DNA of 64,000 nt from the NCBI GenBank assembly GCA_965645245.1, contig OZ287079.1, positions 1,178,001 through 1,242,000 on the forward strand, in the 5' to 3' direction. Position numbers and translations under genes: made by a program. The stretch is from Massalongia carnosa. Its lineage: Eukaryota. The notes under the pieces were generated by a model. The model saw only the letters and a list, made by a program, of their open reading frames with translations, was not told where the DNA came from and made no database searches. Positions 24,543-37,977 of this stretch are shown in pieces; positions within the stretch are counted from its first letter, which is position 1, and each line of letters begins with the position of its first letter.

Positions 24543-25267
24543 CACTATCTGGAGATCTTTTAGACCGGGATTTTTGTATATAGATTGTGCGCTCTTTAAG
24601 CACTTTTCTAACTCCGGCAACCGAATTGTAATAAACCAGAAAGAGGCATATTTTTATAAGACAACAAAGCTGCTTGTATGAAAAAGATAAATTTTCAAAT
24701 TTGAAGACGAATAGTAGTACTAGTTGTGTTCCTCAATTCTTCTTAAATTTTTCGAATATCAAGAAATAACATGGCTAGTGCCAGGCCAGGGGGGTTGTCA
24801 AACCACCAGCGAGAGGATAGTTGGCATGATATATTTACGTTTAACACGAAATGAAAAATCTATCGAACAATTACGTTTTAGATTTGCACATTCTTGTATT
24901 AAATGTATATTATTCTTATAATTATGAACGTCTTGTTTCCTAAGACTTACCTACTCGTGCTACAAGGATACTATAGATTAGCTTCCTCTCGCTGAAAAAA
25001 CTGCGCCACAAGCTTGAGCCACTCTCTCTAAACATGAGTAGTCAATCCCGTTCTGAATATGAACTAATTACCCTGCTCATATGCTTACGGAGTGCTCTCG
25101 AGTATTCCATTCGAAGTGAAAGACAACTTAAAACGCCGACGAATCGCCGTGGACAGTTGATTCAACTTTGCTCACAGGCTTTCCAGAACAATACGCTGCC
25201 AATTCTACCGAACGCCTCCCGTTACTACTCAGATTCATGACTCAATAGGCCTGCCACTCGCTCACAT

Positions 25268-25943
<676 letters not shown>

Positions 25944-26201
25944 CTTGAGATTTTGGTGGGCTCGATGGAGAAGTGAACGGGATTGTACAAAAGAAGTGCA
26001 TGAGCCACGAGAGAAACCCTTCAAGTGGGAATGGGGCGTAGCTACGTAATTATGGCGGTGCACGCTTGCTAAGCGGGAGACGGGCTGCGGATCCTTGTCT
26101 ATCGTAATGTTTACGCGCCACAACCATGTGTTTACTTTTAACTCAAGTTTAATCAGAAGCGCAATTATTCTTGTTCTTTCTCAACCCTTCACGCCTCCAA
26201 C

Positions 26202-26969
26202 ATGTTGCTTGACGAGGACCCAGCTACGGTAAGTATAGCGTACTTCCATCCAAGGCAATAGTCTGACCTTGTGCGATAGCTCATTCACCACACTATTGGG
26301 AATTTCAATACTGCTCCTGACAAAATCGCTATCGGTCGCATCAACGAGTCACTTTCTACCCTTCAACAGGCTCGCGATTTGCGCATTGGAGAAGCAGAGA
26401 GTGCATTAAAGAGTACATATAATCTATCCCGACAACATAATTAGACACTTACGATAATTTAAGAGCTCTCTCGGAGCCTAGCTACCCTGTCAACCCAGCA
26501 TAACGAGACTCTATCCTCGCACAACAGCATTGATCATGCGTCGCAGATTGTCGAGCTTGACACACAGAAATTCCGCATAGCCAAAGTAGCCTCAGATCTC
26601 GAGATTGAAGGAGAGAGATTGGAGCAAGAACTCGAGGGTCTAAAGGATCGCTTGCAAGAGCTTGACATGCAAGGAGTCGAAGGAGACGAGGCCATGAAGG
26701 CGAAGAGAGAGACTGATGATCCTACAGTGTGAGTATGCTCCATCAGGGAGTTTTCCACAAGATCAAGGCAATGAAAATATATAACGAGTTTATCTAGACT
26801 CAAACTCAAAATATATCGATCCCTAGGTATCGATGTTGAGGTGGACAACGCAGGCAACTATAATAAAGCAATCATCAGAAATGCTCAGAAGGGCGATGTT
26901 CATGTTATCAACATCGATCCGAAATTCTCAAGGTTTTTCTACGCGCAATACTTTTGGCAGACCATGTAA
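26202..26969 (+). CDS. SPC24: Kinetochore Ndc80-complex subunit Spc24 (multi-exon; absent from the ORF track)
   Basis: Spliced product [37 protein letters not shown]...[25 protein letters not shown]...[14 protein letters not shown]...[32 protein letters not shown]; 3 GT-AG introns. Confidence 0.9.
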
Positions 26970-27616
26970 AATAAACGTGTTGACAAATTGGCGCTGGCGT
27001 ATTTAGGGGGGGGAGTTTCAGAAGCGGTGTGATTGGAACGATTCTTAGCTTCTTATAAGCTTGCCGCGTTGTAACCACAGCACGAACCAGTGGACCTAAG
27101 GATGGAGTTTATCGATCGGTTTTCCCATCGTATATTGATATTGGGAACGGCTCGGGACAAAACCAACAGAAAAATCGGATTTTAAGTTATTTTTCAGAAC
27201 ACATTGAGAGGTAATACCAGCCACTAGGTATAGAGCACAAATAGTCGAGAAAACTAGTCACTAAAGAAGATAGATTGATGCGGAGATGGAGATATGGAGG
27301 CAAGGAAGCTGGAGTTTCAAAGGTACATGTGTGAAAAGTAGAAATATCTATCAACAAAATATTGGAAAATTGCTTAATAAAGATTACTTTTAGAAAAGTT
27401 ACACAGCTTCATCGAAAGGTGGGTTTAAAAGTAATTCACATGAAAAGTCTACAAAAGCGAGCGAGTTCTACAAAGTGGAAAAAGGTTATTGCGAAGGTAA
27501 TCTTAAAGCACTTTTAATTGGAGTGGCGGTCCAGTGGCGTGAGTGGAAAATCAGGGAGCAGGTTGCCGGATGTAGTCCAGTGAAGATTCCCATGTTTCTT
27601 CTTCTCTAAACACAGT

Positions 27617-30042
27617 ATGCCTCGACATAGGCCGCCGACTTCAGGATATGCGAAAATTGCTCAAGCTGACGAGGAGAATGGATACCTTGATGACTCCGAC
27701 GAAGATAATGTTCACCGCACTCCTCGCACCATTTCCGCTTCGGCACCACGCTATGCTCCTATTCAACCCCAACCTCAGGGCTCAATGTATGCCGTTCCTG
27801 GTGATACCTCCCCAGGACACTATCATAGATCCGGTACTGGAAAGCGACGCCTGCGGAGAAACTCTTCAGGGGTGGATATTAAGGCAATCAACGCGAGATT
27901 GGAGCGATGGGCGGAAGAAATAGCTTCTAAATTTAAGATTCACAGGGTAAAAGGGAAAACGCAAGAGGAGGAAAGATTGGAGATACAGCATTCTGTTTTT
28001 ATCGCACCTGAAGGTATGAGACCGGCTAGCGCGGAAACTCTGGCCTCGGACACATCCGATAATCAAGGGGAAAGGATGACCAAGATGGAGTTCGACGAAG
28101 TGATTGAAAGCGTAAAAGTCGCAATAGAGCTTGGGGTACATCCAAAGATGATTTCGCAAGGGAGTTCAGGGAGTTACTTTGCTCGGAATAGCGAAGGGAA
28201 AGTTGTTGGAGTCTTCAAGCCCAAGGACGAAGAACCATATGCCTCGAGGAACCCAAAATGGACCAAGTGGATACACAGAAATCTTTTCCCTTGTTTTTTT
28301 GGCAGGGCATGTCTTATACCAAACCTTTCTTATGTTTCGGAAGCGGCCGCATACGTATTAGATACACGATTACGAACTAATCTGGTGCCATACACGGACA
28401 TTGTCTACCTCTCTTCAAAATCCTTCTTCTACGATTTCTGGGATAGATCGAGTTATTACCGAAAAAGGAAGCCCTTCCCGGCGAAGGTTGGGAGCTTCCA
28501 GGTGTTTCTAAAGGGCTTCAAGGACGCGAACATATTTTTACGAGAGCACCCCTGGCCAGATCAGATCAACTCGGGTTTTCGACCTGAAGATGCACCCAAA
28601 AGGAAGAAAAGACCTTGGGCGGAAACGTGCAGACCTAGCGGCGCGGCCTCGGATGATGAAGCAGATATGCGCAGCGAAGCTAGATCAGCAGCCATCGAAG
28701 ATGATACCCAGGAACCTAGATTTACGTGGACAGATATGATAAAACAGGCGTTTCGGGAGGAACTCGAAAAGCTTGTTGTTTTGGACTACATCATGAGAAA
28801 TACTGACCGAGGATTAGATAATTGGATGATAAAGGTTGATTGGAAAACCCAAGAAGTGTCGATTGTCTCTGAGCCCCCAAAATTGAACAGCCAACTCGCA
28901 AATCTCCCAGTTCCTTCAAAACCCAGAAGGCACGATGGTTATGCGACCTCTGGTCCTTATAAACGCCAGGAATCTATGATAGCTACAAGTCGATCTGCCA
29001 CTCCCTCAAATTTGTCAGACGCAGGAAAGAGCCCTTCAATTTCGATTGGAGCCATTGATAATAGTCTTTCATGGCCTTGGAAACACCCTGATGCTGTAAG
29101 TTTTTGCCAATACCTTCAATCATTCGCCTATCCGAACTAATCTGCCTATAGTGGCGAAGCTTTCCGTTTGGATGGTTGTTTCTACCTGTGTCTCTTATTG
29201 GACAACCATTCTCTTCTAAGACTCGGGAGCATTTTCTTCCCTTACTTACTTCCAAACAGTGGTGGGGTGAAACTCAGCTGGCTCTCCGCCGGGTTTTTAG
29301 CCAAGACTCGGATTTCCAGGAAAAGATGTTTGCCAAGCAAATAGCCGTCATGAAGGGCCAAGCGTGGAACGTTGTTGAAACGTTGAAAACCGTAGACCAC
29401 GGTCCTTTGGAGCTCACGAGAAGAACGCGCGTTTGTGTATGGGATGACTTGGTGGATATTCCTGTCGCTATACCAATGCGGGTGCCGTCTGCGGAGATGA
29501 GGCGGCGGAGAGATCCCGACTATAGGAGGAGCGTTGATGAAGAGGAGATGGATATTAGCGCCGCCAATGCCTCAACGCCGACGCCTCCGCACGACCTGCT
29601 TGACCTGTCTTCTCCAATGACAGATTTACCTAACCCTAACCGCTTCGATCTCTCGCGTAACAATAGTTCTTCTGACGCCGGAAATTTTCTAGACGGGCCC
29701 GAAACGCCAGCCACCGTTGAGGGTGTTTCGCTTGACCATGAAGCCACCACTCGGGAGGTGAAACGCCTTCACGCCGAGGGCTTGTCTCGCTCCGGATTGA
29801 CACCAGCTAAAACGCGCTTAAGTTTTGAAGGGCACAGGCCAACCGTGAGCTACTCTAACCCACGTCGAAGATACTCGCTCTCCACGCGTCACGGCAGTTC
29901 TGCGTTCTTTGGCGACGGTGATGATCTCGAAGGGGACTTGGGGTACGCAGCAGCTGAAGGTATGGAAGGGAATCAGCGAAAAGTGATTGTGGAGAGGTTG
30001 GAAACTGTCAAAAGTAAGAATCCGGTGTTCACGTGGTGTTAG
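27617..30042 (+). CDS. LSB6: Type II phosphatidylinositol 4-kinase (Lsb6 homologue)
   Basis: ISQGSSGSYF, VFKPKDEEPY, LDYIMRNTDRGLDNW and AIDNSLSWPWKHPD|AWRSFPFGW motifs; C-terminal PVFTWC; intron 29096-29151 keeps the frame. Confidence 0.95.
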
Positions 30043-30480
30043 TGGCATGGGGCGTTGAAAAAGCAGGCTGGTGGAACCAATCCGGGCATTGAATGAGCGG
30101 TTTTTGGTATGTAGCAGTTGGGTGGTGCATCCTTGGGGCATCGTACAAGTATTGCATTTTCCTCGCGTTTCTTTCTGAATGTCCTCCATGTACATTTATG
30201 AGTTAAGTTTTGCTCAGCCGTCGTTGACGGCACATGAAACATACGATTGTTGCTGGACATCAGATCTCTCGTGTTACAAGCCAGGGTTTGCATGTTTCAA
30301 TCTCGTCGCGTTGAAGCCTCGGAGCCATATATTAAGATAGATTGATACATAGGAGGTTGGGTACCTTGCTGTCCTATACAGGTATTGCGAGTAATATTAT
30401 ATTAGGGAAGAAATATGCTAGAAAAATTACAAGACGTCGATATCATGGTGCTTTGGTCTCCGAGGTGTTCGACAAATTTG

Positions 30481-30532
30481 TACTTGATACAAAGTACTCG
30501 ATACAAAGTACTCGATACAAAGTACTCGATAC
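30481..30532. repeat. 14-bp tandem repeat (GATACAAAGTACTC) x about 3.5
   Basis: Direct reading. Confidence 0.85.
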
Positions 30533-30591
30533 GGAGTACCCCGTATCTAATGCTTATTTGGGTACAGAGTACAGAGTACGTACTTCACTCG

Positions 30592-30787
30592 TGTTCACCA
30601 CCTTTTACATCAGCGCTAAAACTAAAAAGATTATTATAAAACGTAAATCTTTGTATAACTAGCTTGAAAATGAAAACCTTTCTTCGTTATCATAATCATT
30701 GTTGCAGCTGATTTTTGATTTGCTAATTATTAAATCATGAAGCTAATTTAGCGGCCTCGTTTAGCGCTGATGCAAAGAGAGTGAACA
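30592..30787. mobile_element. Degenerate MITE-like element with imperfect ~28-bp terminal inverted repeats
   Basis: The left end tgttcaccaccttttacatcagcgctaaa matches the reverse complement of the right end, tgttcactctctttgcatcagcgctaaa. AT-rich interior; a related end lies at 44859-44925. Confidence 0.55.
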
Positions 30788-31153
30788 AGTTAGAGTACAT
30801 CCATCTAGCGTTGAGGTGGATCGTGAGGCTGAAAAGCTTGTTATTTCCCTTCTGACCAGTTTCCCGGTCGTGATGCACGAAACTAGCGCATATTAAATGC
30901 ATGACATCGTCACCTTATCTTGAACTCACTTTCAATAAGCCAAGACAGCATCTCCTTCCTCAACATGGTTCATCATTTAAGTATCGATTGATACCTTACA
31001 CATAGCCACAAAGCTTTTTTACTGGGGACTGTGCCTGGTATAGGTTCACGTTGCTACAGGACCTGATTCACTATGAGACCCCGCCTTTCTTCTTTTCTAT
31101 ATAATCACCTCAGTTGATATGCTTCACCCTCAACCTCAGACTTCCACCTTACC

Positions 31154-34100
31154 ATGCATAGTCACACAAGTCCTCTAGATGGCGATGCAGCGTTACCTTC
31201 GCTACAGCATGACCGCACACTGCCTTCCTCAACAGTCCCCAATGGCATGCCGATATCAGCTGCCATGCTGACAGATCCGAAGAGCTTGAAGAAACATCTA
31301 TCAAATGGTATTCCACAACCTTTAGACTTTCCTATTACTTCATCTACTATTCTAGCTCGCGCAAGTAGCGAGTCACGTATTTCCTTCGTTGAACCAACCG
31401 CTCCTGATCTCACTTCTATTTCATCAAAGGATGATGCTCACTTTAAGTTTGACCATAAAGGCTTTAGCAAAGATACAGCGAAAATAGCCGGTGTGCTTCA
31501 GTCGCCAGTCTCACACTTTGACCCTCGTCAACTTCTCGATCCCAAAGGGTTTAATCCCGCTCAAGTCAAGAAGGACTCCGTCCACCAATCAGACCAAATC
31601 TCAAGCAATAGGCTACATAAACGTAATTTGGAAAATGACCAGGGACAGGGCATGGGGAACCTGATTGAGCGAATGCACAACGTTACACAGCGCGAAGACC
31701 TGCCTCGGAAAAAGCAAAAGTCTGATCACGTTCAAGATGAGGACCAAGGACAAAAGAAGGCGGCCTTTGGAGGCGGAGGGAAAGGAGGCGAAATTGGGGA
31801 ATACATGAAGGGAAAGCGCAAGGAAGGTCAAAAGGCGGCAGGCCCCAATGCTGTTGTAGATTTGACTGGTGGTGAGTAACCTTGGGAAATGGGGTTATGA
31901 GGCTGTCTCCCGTTGATAAATCGCTTAGGGGATGATGACGACCCAGTCTTCGTGAGTGAAAGCAATGATAAGGAAGTATGTTATGGACGTATAGAAAGCA
32001 CGAAAGTTTCGGCGCATCTTATTCCCAACCCCGGGATGAAAGCCACTTACCTTACAAAATCTGATTGGCCAGCTATGAAATTGCAGCTTCGGCGATTTCC
32101 TGGCAAGGACAATATCATTCGTGTGCTTGATCCCACCGGAAAAGACTTCGGTAATGTTGATGTAAGAACCGCTCAGGGACTCACGCGCATTATGGACTCA
32201 AAAAATCCGAAGTTCAGAACGCAGGCACGCCTGACTATTCGTAAAAAGAAACCTGCTGAGATACCTGGCAGTCCATGTTCTGAGTACTTGGAGATGAGTG
32301 TTAATCTCTACGGTCCAAGGAGCAAGGCAGAGCTTATTGGTAGATTCCTCAGCCAGAGACAGCTGTACCTCCGGACCCCTTATTCAGTAGATGCAGGTAT
32401 TGAAACATTCAATCCGCATGCTCCAAAGACTGGTATAGCACCAAGGATGAGTCTTCCTGGTATGTCGGCTGGTCCTGGAACAGGCTCTGGCTACATATCA
32501 CGCACTGTTGAGGAAATACGCCATGATGTGCTCAGCATGTTTGATTCTCTCGAGAAATCAGAAACACTGTTGCAGATGGAACCCAGTCCCTTGATTACTA
32601 CTAAACTATTAGTCCATCAAAAGCAGGGTCTTAATTTCATGACCAACAAAGAGAAAGAGCGAGTTTTCAGCGATAAGGAGGAAGATAACAACTCTCTTTG
32701 GCGGCTTAAACATGCGTCAAATGGGCAACGCATGTACTACAATGTGATAACAGGGAAAGAAGAACGTAATAAGCCACCTGAAGTGCTGGGAGGAATTTTA
32801 GCAGATATGATGGGACTAGGCAAAACCTTGAGTATACTATCTCTCATAGTTGGAAGTCTTAGTGACTCGGTTGCATGGGGGAACCAGATGCCAGCAGAAT
32901 CCGAGGAGAATCTTTTAGTTCGAAACTCGAGAACAACCCTGCTCGTTTCACCACTGAGTACCGTTGCCAACTGGGAGGAGCAGATTGCAACGCACATAAA
33001 ACCGAGCAGTCTCAAGTATTACATTTTCCATGGGGGAAACCGAATTCAGGACATTGATGAACTTGCGGAGTATGATATCATCATTACAACCTATAGCATA
33101 GTCTCCAGCGAGGTTTATGGACGAGGAAAGAAGAAAGATGCCAGTCCTTTGCTTCAAACAAATTTCTTCCGAATCGTTCTTGATGAAGCACATATGATTC
33201 GTGAGCAGTCCACCAGACAATCTCAGGCCATCTGTGCTCTGTCTGCTCAGCGTCGTTGGGCAGTCACTGGTACCCCCGTTCAGAATCGACTCGATGATTT
33301 AGGTGCCTTGATCAAATTCCTTCGCCTCAAGCCATTCAGCGACAAAGGTGGATTTTCTCAATTTATACTTAGTCCGTTTAAGATGGCGGATCCGGAAATT
33401 TTACCAAAACTGCGACTTCTTGTGGATACCATTACTCTCAGGCGACTAAAAGACAGGATCGATCTTCCTCCTCGTCATGATGAAATTGTGAGGCTTCCGT
33501 TCAGTGAAGACGAAGGCATCCTTTATGAATGGTTTGCGCGAGACTCGGATCAAAAAATGAAGATCATTGCGGGTGAATCAAAGAAAGGTCTAGGCGGCAG
33601 GACCTATGTGCATATTCTCCGAGCTATCATGCGCCTGCGACTCATCTGTGCTCATGGCCGAGAGTTACTAAGCGAAGAGGACCTGAAGATGACTGAGGGG
33701 TTTAGCTTGCATAACGCGATCGATCTGGAAGACGAGGACGTAAACGAAAAGCCGTCTTTAAGCGCTCGCCAAGCCTACGAAATGCTGATGCTTTTCAAAG
33801 AGACAGACGCCGATAACTGCGCTCAGTGTGCGCGAAGCGTTGAGCCCAGCGATTCAGAGAATGCGGCGAATGGTGGAGATGAAGTTATTGGGTATATATT
33901 GCCATGCTTTCAGATTGTCTGTAAAGACTGCATGCATGATATCAAGTCATCTCCGGAACAGAGATTTTCGGAAGACTACTTTACATGCCCATTTTGTGAA
34001 CAATATTTACGAACCTCGTTTTTTGAGCTGACTTCGAAGGGCATCGAGGCCGCCGAGGAGGCTAAGAATATGGCACGTGAGAACCCAAGGCAAGCCAAGA

Positions 34101-34669
34101 TTATGGGTAGATATGGTGGGCCACACACCAAGACCAAAGCACTTGTTGAAGCTCTGAAACAATCGAGCATTGAGAGCCAGGATCTGCCTGAGGACAAGCC
34201 AATCAAGAGTGTTGTCTTCTCCGGCTGGACCGCCCACCTTGACTTGATACAGATTGCTCTAGAGGACAACCGTATCCGATATGTTCGTCTTGATGGGAAA
34301 ATGACTCGCCCGAAAAGGACTGCGGCTCTAGACGCTTTCCGTGACGATCCAGAGGTCACCGTATTTCTTATCTCTATATCGGCCGGTGGGCTAGGCTTGA
34401 ACTTGACGACTGCGTCCAAAGTTTACGTCATGGAGCCGCAGTTCAACCCTGCTGCAGAAGCTCAGGCTGTAGACCGTGTGCATCGGTTGGGGCAAACTCG
34501 GGAGGTCTTCACCACGCGCTTTATCATGGACGGTAGCTTTGAGGAGAAGATGCTAGCGCTACAGCGCAAGAAGGAGAATTTGGCGGATCTTAGCATGAAT
34601 CGTGGCAAGCTCGACAAAGCCGAGGCGGCAAAGCAGAGACTCGAGGAGCTCAGGAGTCTTTTCAAGTAA
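31154..34669 (+). CDS. SNF2-family helicase/ATPase with HIRAN-like and RING-like domains (Rad5/HLTF-like subgroup)
   Basis: Intron 31872-31928. GGILADMMGLGKT, IVLDEAH, RWAVTGTPVQN, CAQC..LPCFQIVCKDC..CPFC, GGLGLNLT and QAVDRVHRLGQ motifs. Confidence 0.93.
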
Positions 34670-35748
34670 CGAATGCACGATTGCGTTGGTTCCACGGCTA
34701 GGGTTGCGTCTGGGCTATTTCGTGGAAGGGCTCCTTGGTTGTCTTTCTTGCGAAATGCCTTGCCGTTCGCTGGGCAATCCCTCATGATACATTACTTAAA
34801 CTTTTTGGTATTTTGCTGCTTTTGAGGGGGGTCGCGTTTGCCGGAGATGGTATCTTGCATGCACAGCGGAAGGATAGATTGACACGAAGTGCTCGGGTCA
34901 TGACACACCTTTCAGACGGTTGCGAGGAATGCATTTAGATCTTGCTTGAAATGAATGGATAGGTTTTGAACGATCTTTACATTTATTGTTATCAATTTGA
35001 TTCACCTTGCATGGATGTGACAAAGCACCTCCACCCCCCCACTAAACCCTTTTCTTCCGCCAAAACAGAATCCAAAACGCTCTTTTTCCCCACTTACTTA
35101 GCTAAGTAAGCCACGAACTCTTCTCCTTCTTTCTTCTTTCTTCTTTCTCCTTCAGCCACCTATTTCATTCTCATAAAGGCTTCCCCCTCCCCCGAGGAAA
35201 AGAAGAAACGGAGAATGAGGAGGAGATGGAAGGGAGACGCATCTTTCGCTCGATCGTTTCTTTTGTTTGTTTGTTTGTTCGCTGGAGAATGTAGGAGAAA
35301 AGAAAGGGGAACTTAATGATTGGATGATGTGTGTACATACAGTGTACATTGCCGCATGATTAGATGCGATTAGAGTAAACTTCCTAAATACCCGGCGACT
35401 GCGATCTCGCTACGAAGCTGCATGCACAGCTAGCGTCAACTTACCGATCAAAACCACGGAGTTTGCTCCGTAAGTTATCTCGCTTTTTCTAGAATACATA
35501 CTCCGTACGGAGTACATACATAGTCATGACCTGAAACCGTTATTAAACACGCTTTTATTGCTAGTTAGTTACACGAATACCATCCATGCTGTTTACATAC
35601 ATATCCTCCAGCCCACTTTTGAGAGAGGTAACTACTCCGTACAGAAGTACAGAGTATTGGTTAGAGAGGTTCCCAACCGTCAAAGAAAAAGAAAAGGAAA
35701 ACCCACTCATTCTTTAACCTCTCCCCACAAACGCCAGCCGCACACTCC

Positions 35749-36433
35749 ATGGCCGACCGGCTGACCCAGCTCCAAGACTGTCTCGACCAGGTGCGTGCGG
35801 CTCCTAACCCCCCTTTCCAACCCCTCCCACTTCCATATCCATCCTAAAAAAGCGACTAAACCCCCCCCCAAACCGCAGCTCGCCACTCAATTCTACGCCT
35901 CGATTCGCTACATATCCAGCCACCACCCACCCTCGGCCCTGCCCTCCCATCCACCTCTTCGCGCCCCTACCCCTCCTCCTCCTCCTCCTCCTCGTTCCCC
36001 CCCAACTGCATCTCAATCCAACTCCCACCTCACCACCTCCACTACTACCTCGAACCCTAATAACCCCACTACCACCACCAACCCCCCTCCCCCAATCACC
36101 ACCACAACTACAACAACGACCACAACAATCAACCCCCTTCCCCCCCCCATCCCAACCACCCCCCCAATTCCAACCACCCATTCTCCCCCACTCCTCCCCC
36201 TCGCTTCCGCCCAACAAGAGCTCGCCCACGATCTGCTGCTCAAAACGCGGCAGATCGCGTTCCTGATCTCCATCCTGCCCGGGGTGGAGACGAGCGAAGG
36301 GGAGCAGGAGGCGCGCATCCGCGCGCTGGAGGCGGAGCTGCGGGACGTGGAGGTGGAGAGGGAGAGGGCGGCGCGGGAGATGGAGAGGTGGAGGGAGGGG
36401 GTAGAGGGTGTTTTGGGGGGGGTGAGGAGGTAG
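35749..36433 (+). CDS. MED21: Mediator subunit 21 (Srb7) with a long Pro/Thr low-complexity insertion
   Basis: Exon 1 35749-35790 [14 protein letters not shown]; intron 35791-35878; exon 2 [12 protein letters not shown]...[38 protein letters not shown]. Confidence 0.93.
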
Positions 36434-36548
36434 GGTTGGAAGGGAAGGAGGGGAGGGGAGGGGTGTTTGTTTAGCACATGGCTGGAGGGTTGGGGGGTTG
36501 GATCCGAGGCGGAAGACTGGTCTACCTATCTACATACTTACTAGATCA

Positions 36549-36588
36549 CATGTATGTATGTATGTATGTATGTATGTATGTATGTATG
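36549..36588. repeat. (ATGT)n microsatellite; a (GGTAT)n tract follows at about 36786-36809
   Basis: Direct reading. Confidence 0.85.
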
Positions 36589-37977
36589 TGGAAGCCCAAA
36601 CAGGATTGGAGACACTCTGGTTTTCTGATTTACTGGACTGAACCGCTGCTGGATTGCTTTACTTGCTTACCTTTCTCTCTTCCCTTCTCTTCTTTCTCTC
36701 GCGGCACGGAATGGATCGTGGGGTTTTAGGAAATGAGAAGTTTAGCTTAACTTTGGGGAATTGGAGTTTTGGTAAGGTATGATAGTATGGTATGGTATGG
36801 TATGGTATGAATTGGATGGAATTGGATAGGATATGGACGGACTGAATAGGATTGGAAAAGGACATATATGGCCATGTGTGTATTGTAGTGTGTTTCCTTA
36901 ACTAGCAAGCAAATCAGCGGCGGCCTTTCCCTTTCCCTTTCCATTTCCAAATGCCCGCTTGTCCAGAGAAGGAGGTGCTCTCTCGCGCTCTGGCGCTGGT
37001 ACATGACTATGCCTAGGTTATGCTAGGGCTAGGTACGTACATGTTCGATTCTGCCTACCCTTGGTATCCAAAACCCCCATCTCTTTCGCGCTCGTTTGCA
37101 TGGTTGTTTGTTTGTTTGAGGTTATCTCTTTTTTGGGGGTGTGTGGGTGGACATGGTGAGTATATGGGATATGCCTGATTCACTCATCATCTCATAGCGT
37201 GCTATTACCGCTGCTGCCGCTGCTGCTGTTGCTGCCGTTCCCCCGCTCATCATAGTGCTCTTCAGTTTCGAGAATTATCACCGCACGCCGCCATCGCGTC
37301 TGTATCCTTTACCACTCCTCCCTTTTACAAGGGTTTTGCCCCTGACGGTTTCGCCCCCCTAAATAGCTCTCTACATGGTTTGAGGCTTGAGTGGTCCCGC
37401 TGAAGAGCACCCTAGCCTCCTGTTATTTTGAAGAGCTTTCTCCCAAGATCTCCTCATTTCGCTCTAGCGAATGGATTTTTTTTGGCTGAAGCCTTCGAGT
37501 TGTTTGTTTTTGAAACGAAAAAAAGGGTACAGTTTCTGCCAGTTCTATCCACTCAAGAGGAAGGGAACCAGAAGGATAGCTGCGTTTGAGTGGAGCGTAG
37601 AAGTCTCGACGAAGATTGTGCAGTGGCAGGTGAGAAGGAAACCCCGGGTATGGGGTATGAACAGCTTGCTTCAGCAATTTGGGCTCTGTCTATCGAAAGT
37701 CGAGATGTTTGCGATGAGACGATACCATATTGATTCCGAGCGCCTACGCAGCCAGAAATTTGACCCCCACCGAAATATGCATCTTCGATGGACTAACCAT
37801 TTTTCCGTAGCGTTGAAGTCATGACTCCGGAACTGAGGATGTACGTGTAAGATCGGAAGGGGTGGTTGGACTTTAAGTGCCCATCGAAATTGCTGGTCTC
37901 CAGGCTAGGTACAAGGCCGCAGCGTAGTAGCGACACCCTGTAATGGTGGTCTGTAGAATATCCAAATCTGTACAGTC

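Noticed and set aside
32737..36477. Antisense and alternative-frame ORFs over the SNF2 and MED21 genes (likewise over LSB6, EXO70, GMC and the transposases)
   Set aside because: Shadow ORFs of real coding sequence or of low-complexity DNA.
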